DNA of 64,000 nt, taken from the NCBI GenBank assembly GCA_003221515.1, contig QHSI01000133.1:3530-67529 (forward strand), in the 5' to 3' direction. This DNA comes from Candidatus Rokuibacteriota bacterium (GTDB lineage Bacteria > Methylomirabilota > Methylomirabilia > Rokubacteriales > CSP1-6). The position numbers and the translations under genes are program-made. Below, piece after piece: positions 34,589 through 43,235 of this stretch (position 1 is the stretch's first letter; the number at the start of each line of letters is the position of its first letter). Below the pieces are notes generated by a model, which was not told the origin of the DNA, made no database searches, and saw only the letters and a program-made list of their open reading frames with translations.

Positions 34589-36058
34589 TCAGTCGTAGAG
34601 GCCGTCGAGGTACCAGTGACCGGTCAGGCGATCGCGCGCGAGCCGACAGAGCGCGCCGTCTCCGAGCGCCACGTCCCACTCGTCACGCGCCCATGCCTCG
34701 GTGTCCCACCACTCGCCCGACGCGCGCCACGGTCCGGCGCACGCGACGACGTGTTGCGCGTCCACCCGCGCCGGCCGCTCGCCCACCACCGCGACGTCCA
34801 CGCGTCGAGCCGGCCGCATCCGCCGCAGCGCCAGCCGAGGCTCCACGTCCCCGCGCGCGGGTGCGTCGGGCTCGGTCGGCGGAGAGAACGCGAGCATCGC
34901 GAAGGCGTCGGGGCGGTGCGAGTCCACGAGGGTGGGCGAGCCCAGACTGTCGGTGCCGACGAGCGCGGCCAGGCGCGCGAGCACGGACACGAGGTCGCGA
35001 ATGGCCGGCACGGGCGGCTGCCAGAGCCCGCCCTGCCCCATCTGGGCCCGGATCGGATGCGCGCTGACCGCGACCCGCGTCACCGGGGCCGGCGGCGGAT
35101 GCGCCTCGAGGTCGAGCCCCACCAGGGCGAGCATCGGCTTGACCTCGCTCATGGGGTACGCGAGCGAGACCACGCGCGCGTGGTGGCCGCCCGAGGCGAG
35201 GCCGAGCCGGATGTCGAGGACGTCGGCGGCGAGCGCGGCCGCCCCGAGTCGCCCGCACAGACGCGTCAGCACGGGCTCGAGCACGACGGTGAGGACCTCG
35301 AGCGACTCGATCTCCCACTCGACCCCTTGCGCCTCTTCCCAGAAGGGCGGCGGAGTCCACGGACGGAACGGCTCGTGGTCACGGCCCAGCGCCTGATCGT
35401 GCGCGCGGAGCCCGGCCGGCCCGAGCCTCATGGTGACTCCTTCTCGAGGCAGCGCCGCCATCTCTCCGAGCGTGCGCACGCCCCACCGCGCGAGGGTCGC
35501 GGCGAGCGGCGGATCGAGATCGAGCACGCCGAGCGGTACTCCGGCGAGCGCCGCGCGCTCACGCCCGGGAGCGACGACCGTCACCGGAACCGATGCGCTC
35601 GCCGCGGCGACACGCGCCGCCGTGCGGCTCCCCGCAACCCCGACGCGCGCGACGAGCCCGACGGTTCGCGCCTGGTGCACGAGACGACGCCCGATCGCCT
35701 CGGGATCGCCGATGAGCCGATCGAGCCCGGCGGTGTCGACGTAGACGATTCCCGCTCCGCCATCCTCGATCCGCGGCGAGACGGCCAGAGCCGCCTCGAG
35801 CAGGGCATGGCGGGCGGCAGCGACGTGCTCCTCGATGTGAGGCCGGGTCACGAGGGTTGGACAGCGGGCGGCGGCTTCGGTCTCCGTCATGCCCGAGCGC
35901 ACGTCTCGCTCACGGGCAGCCGCGTTGGCGTCGGCGAGGATCTTGATGTTCGCGGTCTGGGTGAGGACCGCAAGGGGCTGCTCGCGGAGCGCGGGCTCGC
36001 ATCGCTCGACGGCGGCCGCCGCGAAGTGCGCCACCAGCACGCAGGCGAACCGGCTCAC
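34589..36058 (-). CDS. imuB: ImuB, Y-family DNA polymerase homolog of the mutagenesis cassette
   Basis: In-frame part of ORF 34589..36529 from GTG 36058 (overlaps imuA stop, GTGA); Y-family polymerase fold, position between imuA and dnaE2. Confidence 0.75.
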   Translation of the reverse strand: MSRFACVLVAHFAAAAVERCEPALREQPLAVLTQTANIKILADANAAARERDVRSGMTETEAAARCPTLVTRPHIEEHVAAARHALLEAALAVSPRIEDGGAGIVYVDTAGLDRLIGDPEAIGRRLVHQARTVGLVARVGVAGSRTAARVAAASASVPVTVVAPGRERAALAGVPLGVLDLDPPLAATLARWGVRTLGEMAALPREGVTMRLGPAGLRAHDQALGRDHEPFRPWTPPPFWEEAQGVEWEIESLEVLTVVLEPVLTRLCGRLGAAALAADVLDIRLGLASGGHHARVVSLAYPMSEVKPMLALVGLDLEAHPPPAPVTRVAVSAHPIRAQMGQGGLWQPPVPAIRDLVSVLARLAALVGTDSLGSPTLVDSHRPDAFAMLAFSPPTEPDAPARGDVEPRLALRRMRPARRVDVAVVGERPARVDAQHVVACAGPWRASGEWWDTEAWARDEWDVALGDGALCRLARDRLTGHWYLDGLYD

Positions 36059-36612
36059 GCCCGCCACCAGCGCGACGGCGACTCCGCGGGCGGAGCGTGG
36101 CGCGCGCGGAGCACCGCCGTCGTCGTGCGCACGCGCGCGAGCCGCGTGGGCGCGGGCCCCGGCCCGGCCCACTCGATCGCCTGGCGCCGGGTCTCGATCG
36201 CCAGCGTCGCGCTTGCTCCGGTGAGCCGACGACGTCCGACGATCAGCAGCGCCACGTCGGCGCGCCGGACAGCGAACTTCAGCCGGAACGCGAGCGTCGC
36301 GGGAAGACGCACGACCAGCTCGCCGAGATCCAGCGCGACCAGCGCGAACCCGGGGCAGCGAACGAGCATGTCGACGGCGCGAAGCGCGACGTCGCGGCGA
36401 CCACCGCAGCGCACCCACAGGAGCCGGCGCAGATCGACCCCGGCCTGCGCGGCCGACGCTGGATCGAACGTCTCCTCGGTGTCGACGAGGGCGGCGGTCT
36501 CGCCGCTCTGCGCGACGTCGCGCAGACACGCGACGAGAAGGCTCGTGCGCCCCGACGACGGCCGGCCCACGATCTCGGTGATCTCCCCGCGAGCCGCAGC
36601 CACGCGCTCCAT
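36055..36612 (-). CDS. imuA: ImuA, RecA/SulA-like cell-division-inhibitor-family protein
   Basis: In-frame part of ORF 36055..36684 from ATG 36612; Walker-A-like VGRPSSGRTSLL; first gene of the imuA-imuB-dnaE2 cassette. Confidence 0.7.
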   Translation of the reverse strand: MERVAAARGEITEIVGRPSSGRTSLLVACLRDVAQSGETAALVDTEETFDPASAAQAGVDLRRLLWVRCGGRRDVALRAVDMLVRCPGFALVALDLGELVVRLPATLAFRLKFAVRRADVALLIVGRRRLTGASATLAIETRRQAIEWAGPGPAPTRLARVRTTTAVLRARHAPPAESPSRWWRA

Positions 36613-36680
36613 ACCCAGAAAACTAATCAGGTGATGAGTATCAGACAAGCCTGAAGATGTGGGGGCTCTCTGAAGAGCCG

Positions 36681-36709
36681 CCACTAGATAGTGGGGTTCA
36701 GGCTCGAAC
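36681..36709. promoter_or_regulatory. two adjacent palindromes upstream of imuA (CCACTA-GA-TAGTGG and GTTC-N6-GAAC): candidate operator
   Basis: Located in the AT-richer divergent region between imuA (start 36612) and the SDR gene (start 36747). Confidence 0.3.
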
Positions 36710-36746
36710 GAAGGATCGGCTAGAATGCGAGGCCGAGGGGGGCTCC

Positions 36747-37514
36747 ATGGAACTTCGCGCGGTAACAGCGGTTGTGACCGGCGGCGCTTCGGGCCTCGGA
36801 CGCTCCACAGCCGAGCGGCTCATCGCTGCGGGCTCCCGGGTTGCCCTGCTCGACCGGCCGGCCTCGGCGGGGGCGGACGTCGCGAAGGTGATGGGCCAGG
36901 CCGCGATCTTCACACCCGCCGACGTCACGAGCGGCGAAGAGGTGGGTGCCGCACTCCAGGGCGCCTGGGATCGCCTCGATGGCTTCAACGTCCTCGTGAA
37001 CTGTGCCGGCATCGGGCCGGCCATGAAAACCGTCGGGAGATCCGGGCCGGCGAAGCTCGAGGAGTTCACCCGCGTCATCCAGGTGAACCTCATCGGCACC
37101 TTCAACTGCATCCGCCTTGCCGCCGCGCTCATGGCGAAGAACACACCCACCGCCGAGGGCGAGCGCGGCGTGGTCATCAATACCGCCTCCGTCGCCGCCT
37201 TCGACGGCCAGATCGGCCAGGCCGCCTACTCCGCCTCCAAGGGGGGCATCGTGGGCATGACGCTCCCGGTCGCGCGCGACCTCGCCGGGCTCGGGATCCG
37301 GGTCATGACGATCGCGCCCGGCATCTTCGACACGCCGCTGCTCGCCACCCTGCCCGAGCCCGTTCGCGCCTCGCTCGGCAAGCAGGTCCCCTTCCCGCCG
37401 CGTCTCGGCCGCCCCGAGGAATTCGCCGCGCTGGCGCTCCACATCATCGAGAACGCCATGTTGAACGGGGAGACGATCCGCCTCGACGGCGCCATCCGGA
37501 TGCAGCCGCGCTAG
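36747..37514 (+). CDS. SDR family oxidoreductase (3-hydroxyacyl-CoA dehydrogenase type-2-like)
   Basis: In-frame part of ORF 36657..37514 from ATG 36747; [17 protein letters not shown] motifs. Confidence 0.85.
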   Translation: MELRAVTAVVTGGASGLGRSTAERLIAAGSRVALLDRPASAGADVAKVMGQAAIFTPADVTSGEEVGAALQGAWDRLDGFNVLVNCAGIGPAMKTVGRSGPAKLEEFTRVIQVNLIGTFNCIRLAAALMAKNTPTAEGERGVVINTASVAAFDGQIGQAAYSASKGGIVGMTLPVARDLAGLGIRVMTIAPGIFDTPLLATLPEPVRASLGKQVPFPPRLGRPEEFAALALHIIENAMLNGETIRLDGAIRMQPR

Positions 37515-37516
37515 CC

Positions 37517-37572
37517 CGCACCGCGAGCCGCAGGACGTCGCGGGGCTGCGCTCCGCCGGCCGAGGCGAACCT
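37517..37572 (-). repeat. REP-like element, copy 3 (reverse orientation) plus a partial copy at ~37586-37610
   Basis: cgcaccgcgagccgcaggacgtcgcggggctgcgctccgccggccgaggcgaacc is the reverse complement of the family consensus. Confidence 0.6.
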
Positions 37573-37611
37573 ATGAACCCAGTGCGAGCCCCAGGACGCC
37601 GCGGGGCTTAC

Positions 37612-38262
37612 GTGGCCGCCAGAGTTCGTACCGTCTATCGGGCATGGTCCGCGGCCTCGGGCCGGATTCGGGTAACCGACCGCGGCGCGGAGCGCCGCCT
37701 CATCGTCCGCGGGGACACGCTCTCGATCTACCGTACCGACGGCAACTGGACGCCGGTGCGCCGCGAGTACTGGTGGAAGGCGCTCGAGGTCGTCGACATC
37801 CCGCGGCGGCCATCGGCCCTGCTCGTCGGGCTGGGTGGCGGCACACAGATCCACCTGCTGCACCAGGTGGCCGCGCCACGCCTCATCACGGTGATCGAGC
37901 ACGATCCGATCATCGTGCGCATCGCGCGCGAGTGGTTCGGCCTCGATCGGATCACTCGGCTGGAGATCCTCTGCACGGACGCCGAAACCGCGATCCGGGG
38001 GCTGGCGCGCGCGGGGCGACGGTTCGACTACGTCATGGACGACGTCAGCTACGCCGACGCGCCGCTGATCGCACTGCCGAAGCTGCTGACGCTCGCGCCG
38101 CTGGTGGCGCGCCGCGGCTCGCTCGTCGTGAACCGCCACCGCAACGGCGACCCGCGAGTGCTGGCCCGCGCGCTCCGGTTCTACTTCCGACGAGTGCGGA
38201 TCCGCCGCATACGACGCACGGGCGAGAACACGCTGATCTGCTGCGCCGGGTCCATGTATTAG
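37612..38262 (+). CDS. spermidine-synthase-like methyltransferase-fold protein
   Basis: In-frame part of ORF 37573..38262 from GTG 37612 (start uncertain; the ATG at 37573 would overlap the REP copy); LLVGLGGGTQIHLL, VIEHDPIIV, DYVMDD spermidine-synthase-type motifs. Confidence 0.55.
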   Translation: MAARVRTVYRAWSAASGRIRVTDRGAERRLIVRGDTLSIYRTDGNWTPVRREYWWKALEVVDIPRRPSALLVGLGGGTQIHLLHQVAAPRLITVIEHDPIIVRIAREWFGLDRITRLEILCTDAETAIRGLARAGRRFDYVMDDVSYADAPLIALPKLLTLAPLVARRGSLVVNRHRNGDPRVLARALRFYFRRVRIRRIRRTGENTLICCAGSMY

Positions 38263-38267
38263 CTCGC

Positions 38268-38321
38268 CTCGGCTGGCGGGGCCCCAGCCCCGCGACAGCC
38301 TGCGGCTCGCACGACCACTTG
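38268..38321 (+). repeat. REP-like element, copy 4, flanked by 9-bp direct repeats TTAGCTCGC (38259-38267 and 38322-38330)
   Basis: ctcggctggcggggccccagccccgcgacagcctgcggctcgcacgaccacttg; the direct repeats resemble a target-site duplication; sits between convergent stop codons. Confidence 0.6.
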
Positions 38322-38331
38322 TTAGCTCGCA

Positions 38332-40005
38332 CTACTTCAGGCGCTTGAAGCGGAGACGGTGCGGGCGGTCCGCCTCGGCGCCGAGCCGCCGGCGGCGGTC
38401 GGCCTCGTAATCGGCGTGGTTGCCCTCGAACCACACGGCGCGGCCTTCGTCCTCGAAGGCGAGCACGTGGGTCGCGATCCGGTCGAGGAACCAGCGGTCG
38501 TGACTGATGATCACCGCGCAACCCGCGAACGCGAGCAGCCCGTCTTCGAGGGCGCGTAGCGTGTCCACGTCGAGGTCGTTCGTCGGCTCGTCGAGCAGCA
38601 GAAGATTTGCGCCGCTCTTGAGGATCTTCGCCAGATGCAGGCGGTTGCGCTCGCCGCCCGAGAGGTCGGCGACGCGCTTCTGCTGGTCGCTGCCGCGGAA
38701 ATTGAACGATGCGACGTAGGCCCGCGACTGCATCGTGCGGGTCCCGAGCGTGAGGATCTCGGCACCCTCGGAGATTTCCTCCCACACCGTCTTCTTGCCG
38801 TCGAGCGCATCGCGGCTCTGGTCGACGTAGGCCAGCCGGACCGTCTCGCCCACCCGCAGCGTGCCGGAGTCCGGCTTCTCCTGGCCGGCGATCATCCGGA
38901 AGAGCGTCGTCTTGCCGGCGCCGTTGGGGCCGATCACACCGACGATCCCGCCCCGCGGCAGCTTGAACGACAGATCGTCGATCAACACGCGATCGCCGTA
39001 CCCCTTCGTCACGTGGTCGGCCTCGACGACGAGGTCGCCGAGGCGAGGCCCGGGCGGGATGGCGATCTCCAGCGCGGCGGCGCGCGTCTCGAACGACTCG
39101 GTCAGCAGCGCGTCGTACGCCTGCAGCCGAGCCTTGGACTTCGCCTGGCGAGCGCGCGGCGACATCTGGACCCACTCGAGCTCGCGCGCGAGCGTGCGTT
39201 GTCGCGCCACGTCCGCTTTCTCCTCCTGCGCGAGACGCTGCTGCTTCTGGTCGAGCCAGGAGGAATAGTTCCCCTCCCAGGGGATCCCGTGGCCGCGATC
39301 GAGCTCGAGGATCCAGCCGGCCGCGTTGTCGAGGAAGTAGCGGTCGTGGGTGATCGCGACGACCGTCCCCGTATACTCCTTGAGATAGCGCTCGAGCCAC
39401 GCCACCGACTCGGCGTCGAGGTGGTTCGTCGGCTCGTCCAGCAGGAGCATGTCGGGTCGCGAGAGCAACAACCGGCAGAGCGCGACGCGCCGCCGCTCGC
39501 CGCCCGAGATCTTGGCGACGTCCATGTCGCCGGGCGGCACGCGGAGCGCGTCCATCGCCATCTCGACGGTGCGGTCGAGATCCCAGGCGTTGGCGGCGTC
39601 GATCTTGTCTTGCAGCCGCGCCTGCTCGTCGAGCAGCTTCTCCATCTCGTCGCTCTCGAGCGGCTCGCCGAGTTTGGCGCTCACTTCCTCGAACCGCGTC
39701 AGCAGCGCACGCGTCTCGCTCACACCGTCCTCGACGTTGGCCCGCACGTCCTTGGCGGAGTCGAGCTGAGGCTCCTGCGAGAGATAGCCGACGCGCAGGC
39801 CCGCGGCGGGAAACGCCTCGCCGAGAATGTCCGTGTCCACGCCGGCCATGATCCGGAGCAGCGTGGACTTGCCGGCGCCGTTGGCGCCGAGCACGCCGAT
39901 CTTGGCGCCGTGGAAGAACGACAGATAGATGCCGCGAAGGATCTCCCGCTTGGGCGGGACGACCTTCCGGAGATCTTTCATGACGAACGCGTATTCGCCA
40001 GCCAT
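38332..40005 (-). CDS. ettA: energy-dependent translational throttle protein EttA (ABC-F ATPase)
   Basis: ORF 38332..40005, 557 aa; two ABC cassettes (Walker [10 protein letters not shown] and GPNGAGKTT, signature LSGGERRR and LSGGERNR), ABC-F linker. Confidence 0.9.
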   Translation of the reverse strand: MAGEYAFVMKDLRKVVPPKREILRGIYLSFFHGAKIGVLGANGAGKSTLLRIMAGVDTDILGEAFPAAGLRVGYLSQEPQLDSAKDVRANVEDGVSETRALLTRFEEVSAKLGEPLESDEMEKLLDEQARLQDKIDAANAWDLDRTVEMAMDALRVPPGDMDVAKISGGERRRVALCRLLLSRPDMLLLDEPTNHLDAESVAWLERYLKEYTGTVVAITHDRYFLDNAAGWILELDRGHGIPWEGNYSSWLDQKQQRLAQEEKADVARQRTLARELEWVQMSPRARQAKSKARLQAYDALLTESFETRAAALEIAIPPGPRLGDLVVEADHVTKGYGDRVLIDDLSFKLPRGGIVGVIGPNGAGKTTLFRMIAGQEKPDSGTLRVGETVRLAYVDQSRDALDGKKTVWEEISEGAEILTLGTRTMQSRAYVASFNFRGSDQQKRVADLSGGERNRLHLAKILKSGANLLLLDEPTNDLDVDTLRALEDGLLAFAGCAVIISHDRWFLDRIATHVLAFEDEGRAVWFEGNHADYEADRRRRLGAEADRPHRLRFKRLK

Positions 40006-40063
40006 TCATTTGGAGAAGGGGGCTCCGTCGCCCCCCTCTCGACTCCCCCTATCTGTCAGTCGG

Positions 40064-40504
40064 TCAGGATCGAATGAGACGGCGGTGTTCGGGCATCATG
40101 CAGCGGTCCTGGACGACGCGGATCCCGGCGCGGGCCAGTGCCTCGGCGGCCGAGTCGTTCCGGATGCCGAGCTGGAACCAGACCGCGCGCGGCCGCCACG
40201 GCAGCGCCAGGATCTCGGCCGCGTGGCCCGGAAGGTATTCGGAGCGGCGGAAGACCTCGATCACGTCGACCGGCTCCGGAAGATCGGCGACCCGCGCCAC
40301 CGTCGCCACGTCGTGGAGCCGGCGCCCCGTGAGCTTAGGATTCACGGGCAGAATCCGGTAGCCTCGCGCGTGGAGGTAGGCCGGAACGTAGTGGGCCGGC
40401 TCGGCCGGATCGTCCTTGGCGCCAACGACCGCGACGGTCTTCGCTTCGCGAAAAATCGCGGTCAGGCCCGCATCGTCACTCACGAGGTGTCCGCGCCAGT
40501 CGCT
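40064..40504 (-). CDS. CoA-binding domain protein (YccU-like)
   Basis: In-frame part of ORF 40064..40789 from ATG 40504; KTVAVVGAKDDPAEPAHYV CoA-binding Rossmann-like motif. Confidence 0.7.
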   Translation of the reverse strand, partial: SDWRGHLVSDDAGLTAIFREAKTVAVVGAKDDPAEPAHYVPAYLHARGYRILPVNPKLTGRRLHDVATVARVADLPEPVDVIEVFRRSEYLPGHAAEILALPWRPRAVWFQLGIRNDSAAEALARAGIRVVQDRCMMPEHRRLIRS

Positions 40505-40523
40505 CATCGTGAGACTCACCTTC

Positions 40524-41681
40524 TCACGTGGAGGCGAGCACGGCAACGATCTCCGTGCCGAACGCCTCCGCGCGCCAGCGACGAACCCCGTCCACCGACG
40601 CCAGCGCGCCGGGATCGCCGGGCCAGGCCGCCGCGACCGCGCCGATGAGTCGGTTGGGCAACAGCAATCCCGGCTCCAGACCGAACCGGGGCGCCGCGCC
40701 GGTTCGCCACTGCCGGAGCGCTTCGATCCGGCGGGCGACCGCCCCGGAAATTCGGGGCCGCGGTCGGCGCTCGAGCACGGGCAGCGCATCGTCGGGCAAC
40801 GCCTGGGCGCGCGCCACCGCGGCCAAGATCACATCGCCCCACCGCGCGATCACCCGCGCCGGGCAGCCCACGATCTGCGCCATCGCCGCGCGGTCGGCCG
40901 GCGGCGCCTGCGCCAGGGCCACGAGCGTCTCCGGGCTCAGGATCTTGAAAGGCGGGCGGTCCGCCGCGCGCGCGAGCTGCTCGCGGAGGTCGTGCAGCTC
41001 GCGCAGGATCGCGAGATTGCGCGGGGAGAGCTCGCGGGCGCCCTTGAGGCCAGCGAACGCATTCGGGTCGGAGATCCGCGCGCTGGCCGGCTGCGCCGCG
41101 AGCGCCGCGCACTCTTCCTCGACCCACGCGAGGCGTCCCACTCGCGCCAGCTCCTCGGTAAGGCGGTCCTTGAGCGCGAACAGGTGCAGCACGTCGGCCT
41201 CGGCGTAGCGAAGCTGAGCTTCGGAGAGCGGACGCCGCGACCAGTCGTCGCGCTGCTTCGAGGGCGGCAGCTCGAGGCTCAGGTAGGTCTGCAGCAGCAC
41301 GTCGAGACCGAGGGCCCGGACGCCGAGAAATCGCGCGGCGATGGACGTGTCGAAGATCGACGTGAACGCGAAGCCGCGACGCTTGAGCTGGACGAGGTCG
41401 TTGTCGCCGGCGTGGACCACCGTCACGACGTGGGGTGCTGCGAACACGGATGCGAGGGACGAGAGATCGGTGACGGCGAGCGGATCCACGAGCCAGGCCT
41501 CGCTCGACGGGACGGCCAGCTGGATGAGCGAGAGGCGCTCCGGATAGTGATGGAGGCTGTCGCCCTCCGTGTCGAGGGCGACCTGGCCGGGCGCCCGAAG
41601 GCGATGTGAGATCTCGGCGAGATCGGTGGGGGTGTCGACCCAGCGTGACGGGATCGTGGCGATGGGCGGTGGTCCGGTCAA
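40524..41681 (-). CDS. rnd: ribonuclease D (DEDDy 3'-5' exonuclease + HRDC)
   Basis: ORF 40524..41681; exo motifs ALDTEGDSLHHY, HAGDNDL, YAEADV; C-terminal HRDC-like region. Confidence 0.8.
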   Translation of the reverse strand: MTGPPPIATIPSRWVDTPTDLAEISHRLRAPGQVALDTEGDSLHHYPERLSLIQLAVPSSEAWLVDPLAVTDLSSLASVFAAPHVVTVVHAGDNDLVQLKRRGFAFTSIFDTSIAARFLGVRALGLDVLLQTYLSLELPPSKQRDDWSRRPLSEAQLRYAEADVLHLFALKDRLTEELARVGRLAWVEEECAALAAQPASARISDPNAFAGLKGARELSPRNLAILRELHDLREQLARAADRPPFKILSPETLVALAQAPPADRAAMAQIVGCPARVIARWGDVILAAVARAQALPDDALPVLERRPRPRISGAVARRIEALRQWRTGAAPRFGLEPGLLLPNRLIGAVAAAWPGDPGALASVDGVRRWRAEAFGTEIVAVLAST

Positions 41682-42283
41682 GCCTTCGTCTCGCGGACCG
41701 CCTGCTCGAGGCGCTCGGCGCGTCGTCGGAACGGCTCGAGGCTCTCCTCGTGGGTGATCACGAAGAGCCGGTTCGCCTGGATCGCGCCGAACACCATGTC
41801 GGCCGCGGTCTCGGGCCCGAGCGTGCAGCCCATAAGCTCAACGCGCTCGGGCGCGCTCGCCGCTTCGTTCCTGAGGTCCGCGGGCCGATTGCGCTCGCTG
41901 GCCCTGATCTGCGTCGCCACCCCCATCGGGCACAGGATCGACACGCCGATCCCGTAGGGCTTCAGGTCCCCGCCCGGGAGGTTCACGCCGAGCAGCCACA
42001 GCGCGACACCTGCATTGTTGCAGAGCACGTGCACCTTGCCGAAGGCGGCGAAGGCGCGGTCGGCCGGCGCCTGGACCGACGCGAGCTCCGTCACGTCGGT
42101 GCGGACGCCGATCGCCTCGCCGCCGCGAGCACGCACCGACGCCACGACGGCCGCGAGGACACGCTCGTCGACGTCTGCGATGACCACCTTGGCGCCCTCG
42201 CGCGCCAGGCGATCGACCATGGCGCGGCCGATACCGCCGCCTCCACCCGTCACAACCGCGACCCGACCCGCGAGATCTCTCAT
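41678..42283 (-). CDS. SDR-family protein lacking the catalytic Ser/Tyr-x-x-x-Lys core (probable internally deleted gene)
   Basis: ORF 41678..42283, 201 aa; TGGGGGIG and NNAG present; sequence jumps from the NNAG region directly to the post-catalytic GIGVSILCPMGVATQI segment; ~65 residues including the catalytic region appear missing. Confidence 0.55.
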   Translation of the reverse strand: MRDLAGRVAVVTGGGGGIGRAMVDRLAREGAKVVIADVDERVLAAVVASVRARGGEAIGVRTDVTELASVQAPADRAFAAFGKVHVLCNNAGVALWLLGVNLPGGDLKPYGIGVSILCPMGVATQIRASERNRPADLRNEAASAPERVELMGCTLGPETAADMVFGAIQANRLFVITHEESLEPFRRRAERLEQAVRETKA

Positions 42284-42290
42284 TGAGCGT

Positions 42291-42341
42291 CGCGCCTCGG
42301 CCGGCGAGGCCCCTGCCCCGCGACGGCCTGCAGCCGCGCAC
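42291..42341 (+). repeat. REP-like element, copy 5
   Basis: cgcgcctcggccggcgaggcccctgccccgcgacggcctgcagccgcgcac, in the gap between the SDR start and the receiver-domain gene stop. Confidence 0.6.
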
Positions 42342-42829
42342 TACCAGCCCTCCGTTCCCGATGGCGTGCCGTCGCCGACGATGGGCTCGAGCACGGCCCG
42401 GAGCCCCTCGGCGGTCGCCGGAGCACGCAGCATCGCACGAACGCCGGCGGCTTCGGCCCTCATGAGGGTAGCCGGGCCCATCTCGGGGGTCAACGCGACG
42501 ACGCGCAGGACGGGCCTGCGCGACATGCTGGCGATTCGCTCGGCGTCGGCCAGACCGGCCAGTACGATGCTTCCGTCCTCAATATATCGCCGCGCCTCAG
42601 CCGGCGGGGCCCCAGCCCCGCGACGGCTTGCGGCGCGCACCTTAATATCTCGCCGCGCCTCAGCCGGCGGGGCCCCAGCCCCGCGACGGCTTGCGGCGCG
42701 CACCTCCACGCGCGCGAGCTCTGCCGGCGTCCCGGTGAGCACTTGCACGTGCGGGAAGAGGCGGCCCAGCTGCTCGGCCAGGGCCGCTCGCGCGGGCGCG
42801 TCGTCGTCCAGCACGAGGATCACGGACAT
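42341..42829 (-). CDS. stand-alone receiver (REC) domain protein carrying an in-frame 126-bp insertion of two REP copies
   Basis: ORF 42341..42829; N-terminus MSVILVLDDDAPARAAL is CheY-like; the central 42 residues (VRAASRRGAGAPPAEARRDIK / VRAASRRGAGAPPAEARRYIE) are the translation of two tandem 63-bp REP-containing units; phospho-acceptor region displaced. Confidence 0.55.
   Translation of the reverse strand: MSVILVLDDDAPARAALAEQLGRLFPHVQVLTGTPAELARVEVRAASRRGAGAPPAEARRDIKVRAASRRGAGAPPAEARRYIEDGSIVLAGLADAERIASMSRRPVLRVVALTPEMGPATLMRAEAAGVRAMLRAPATAEGLRAVLEPIVGDGTPSGTEGW
42581..42706. repeat. two tandem 63-bp units each containing a REP-like element (copies 6 and 7), in-frame inside a coding sequence
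   Basis: aatatatcgccgcgcctcagccggcggggccccagccccgcgacggcttgcggcgcgcacctt followed by a near-identical unit; 63 bp = 21 codons each. Confidence 0.75.
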
Positions 42830-42909
42830 CGCGCTCGAGTGTAGCGCGCGGCCGAGACGCGGCTATGAACAGTGATAGGATGCCCGAACGAGAATCGCGG
42901 AGGGCCGCA

Positions 42910-43235
42910 ATGTCGAAAGAGATCTCGATCGTTCACCATTCCGACCGACGCACCGACGTGATGATGCCGTACGCGCCCGGGATCGTCGTGCGCCGCGGGA
43001 AGCTCGTCTTTCTGTCCGGCGTCACCGCCGCCGCCGTCTATCACAGCCACCCGCATCGGCGACTCGATTCCTGACCGACGTCGGCGAGCAGGACGACTTG
43101 AACCGGGTGTGGGCCGCGTACCTCGGCGGCCATCTGCCGACGACGACCACGGTGGAGGTGTCGCGTCTCGCGACCCATCCGCGGTGCAAGATCGAGATCA
43201 GCGCGATCGCGGTCGCCGACGATGGCGGCGCCTGA
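42910..43235 (+). pseudogene. ridA: RidA (reactive-intermediate deaminase) family gene with internal deletion/frameshift
   Basis: ATG 42910 (RBS GGAGGG) gives MSKEISIVHHSDRRTDVMMPYAPGIVVRRGKLVFLSGVTAAAV then stop at 43072; +1 frame continues FLTDVGEQDDLNRVWAAYLGGHLPTTTTVEVSRLATHPRCKIEISAIAV (RidA C-terminus) to the stop at 43233-43235 overlapping the next ATG; ~40 central residues missing. Confidence 0.6.

Noticed and set aside
36613-36746. Canonical LexA boxes (E. coli CTGT-N8-ACAG, Gram-positive GAAC-N4-GTTC, Myxococcus-type CTRHAMRYBYGTTCAGS) upstream of imuA
   Set aside because: None matches. Only the two palindromes reported as a candidate operator are present, and GTTC-N6-GAAC has the wrong spacing for the known classes.
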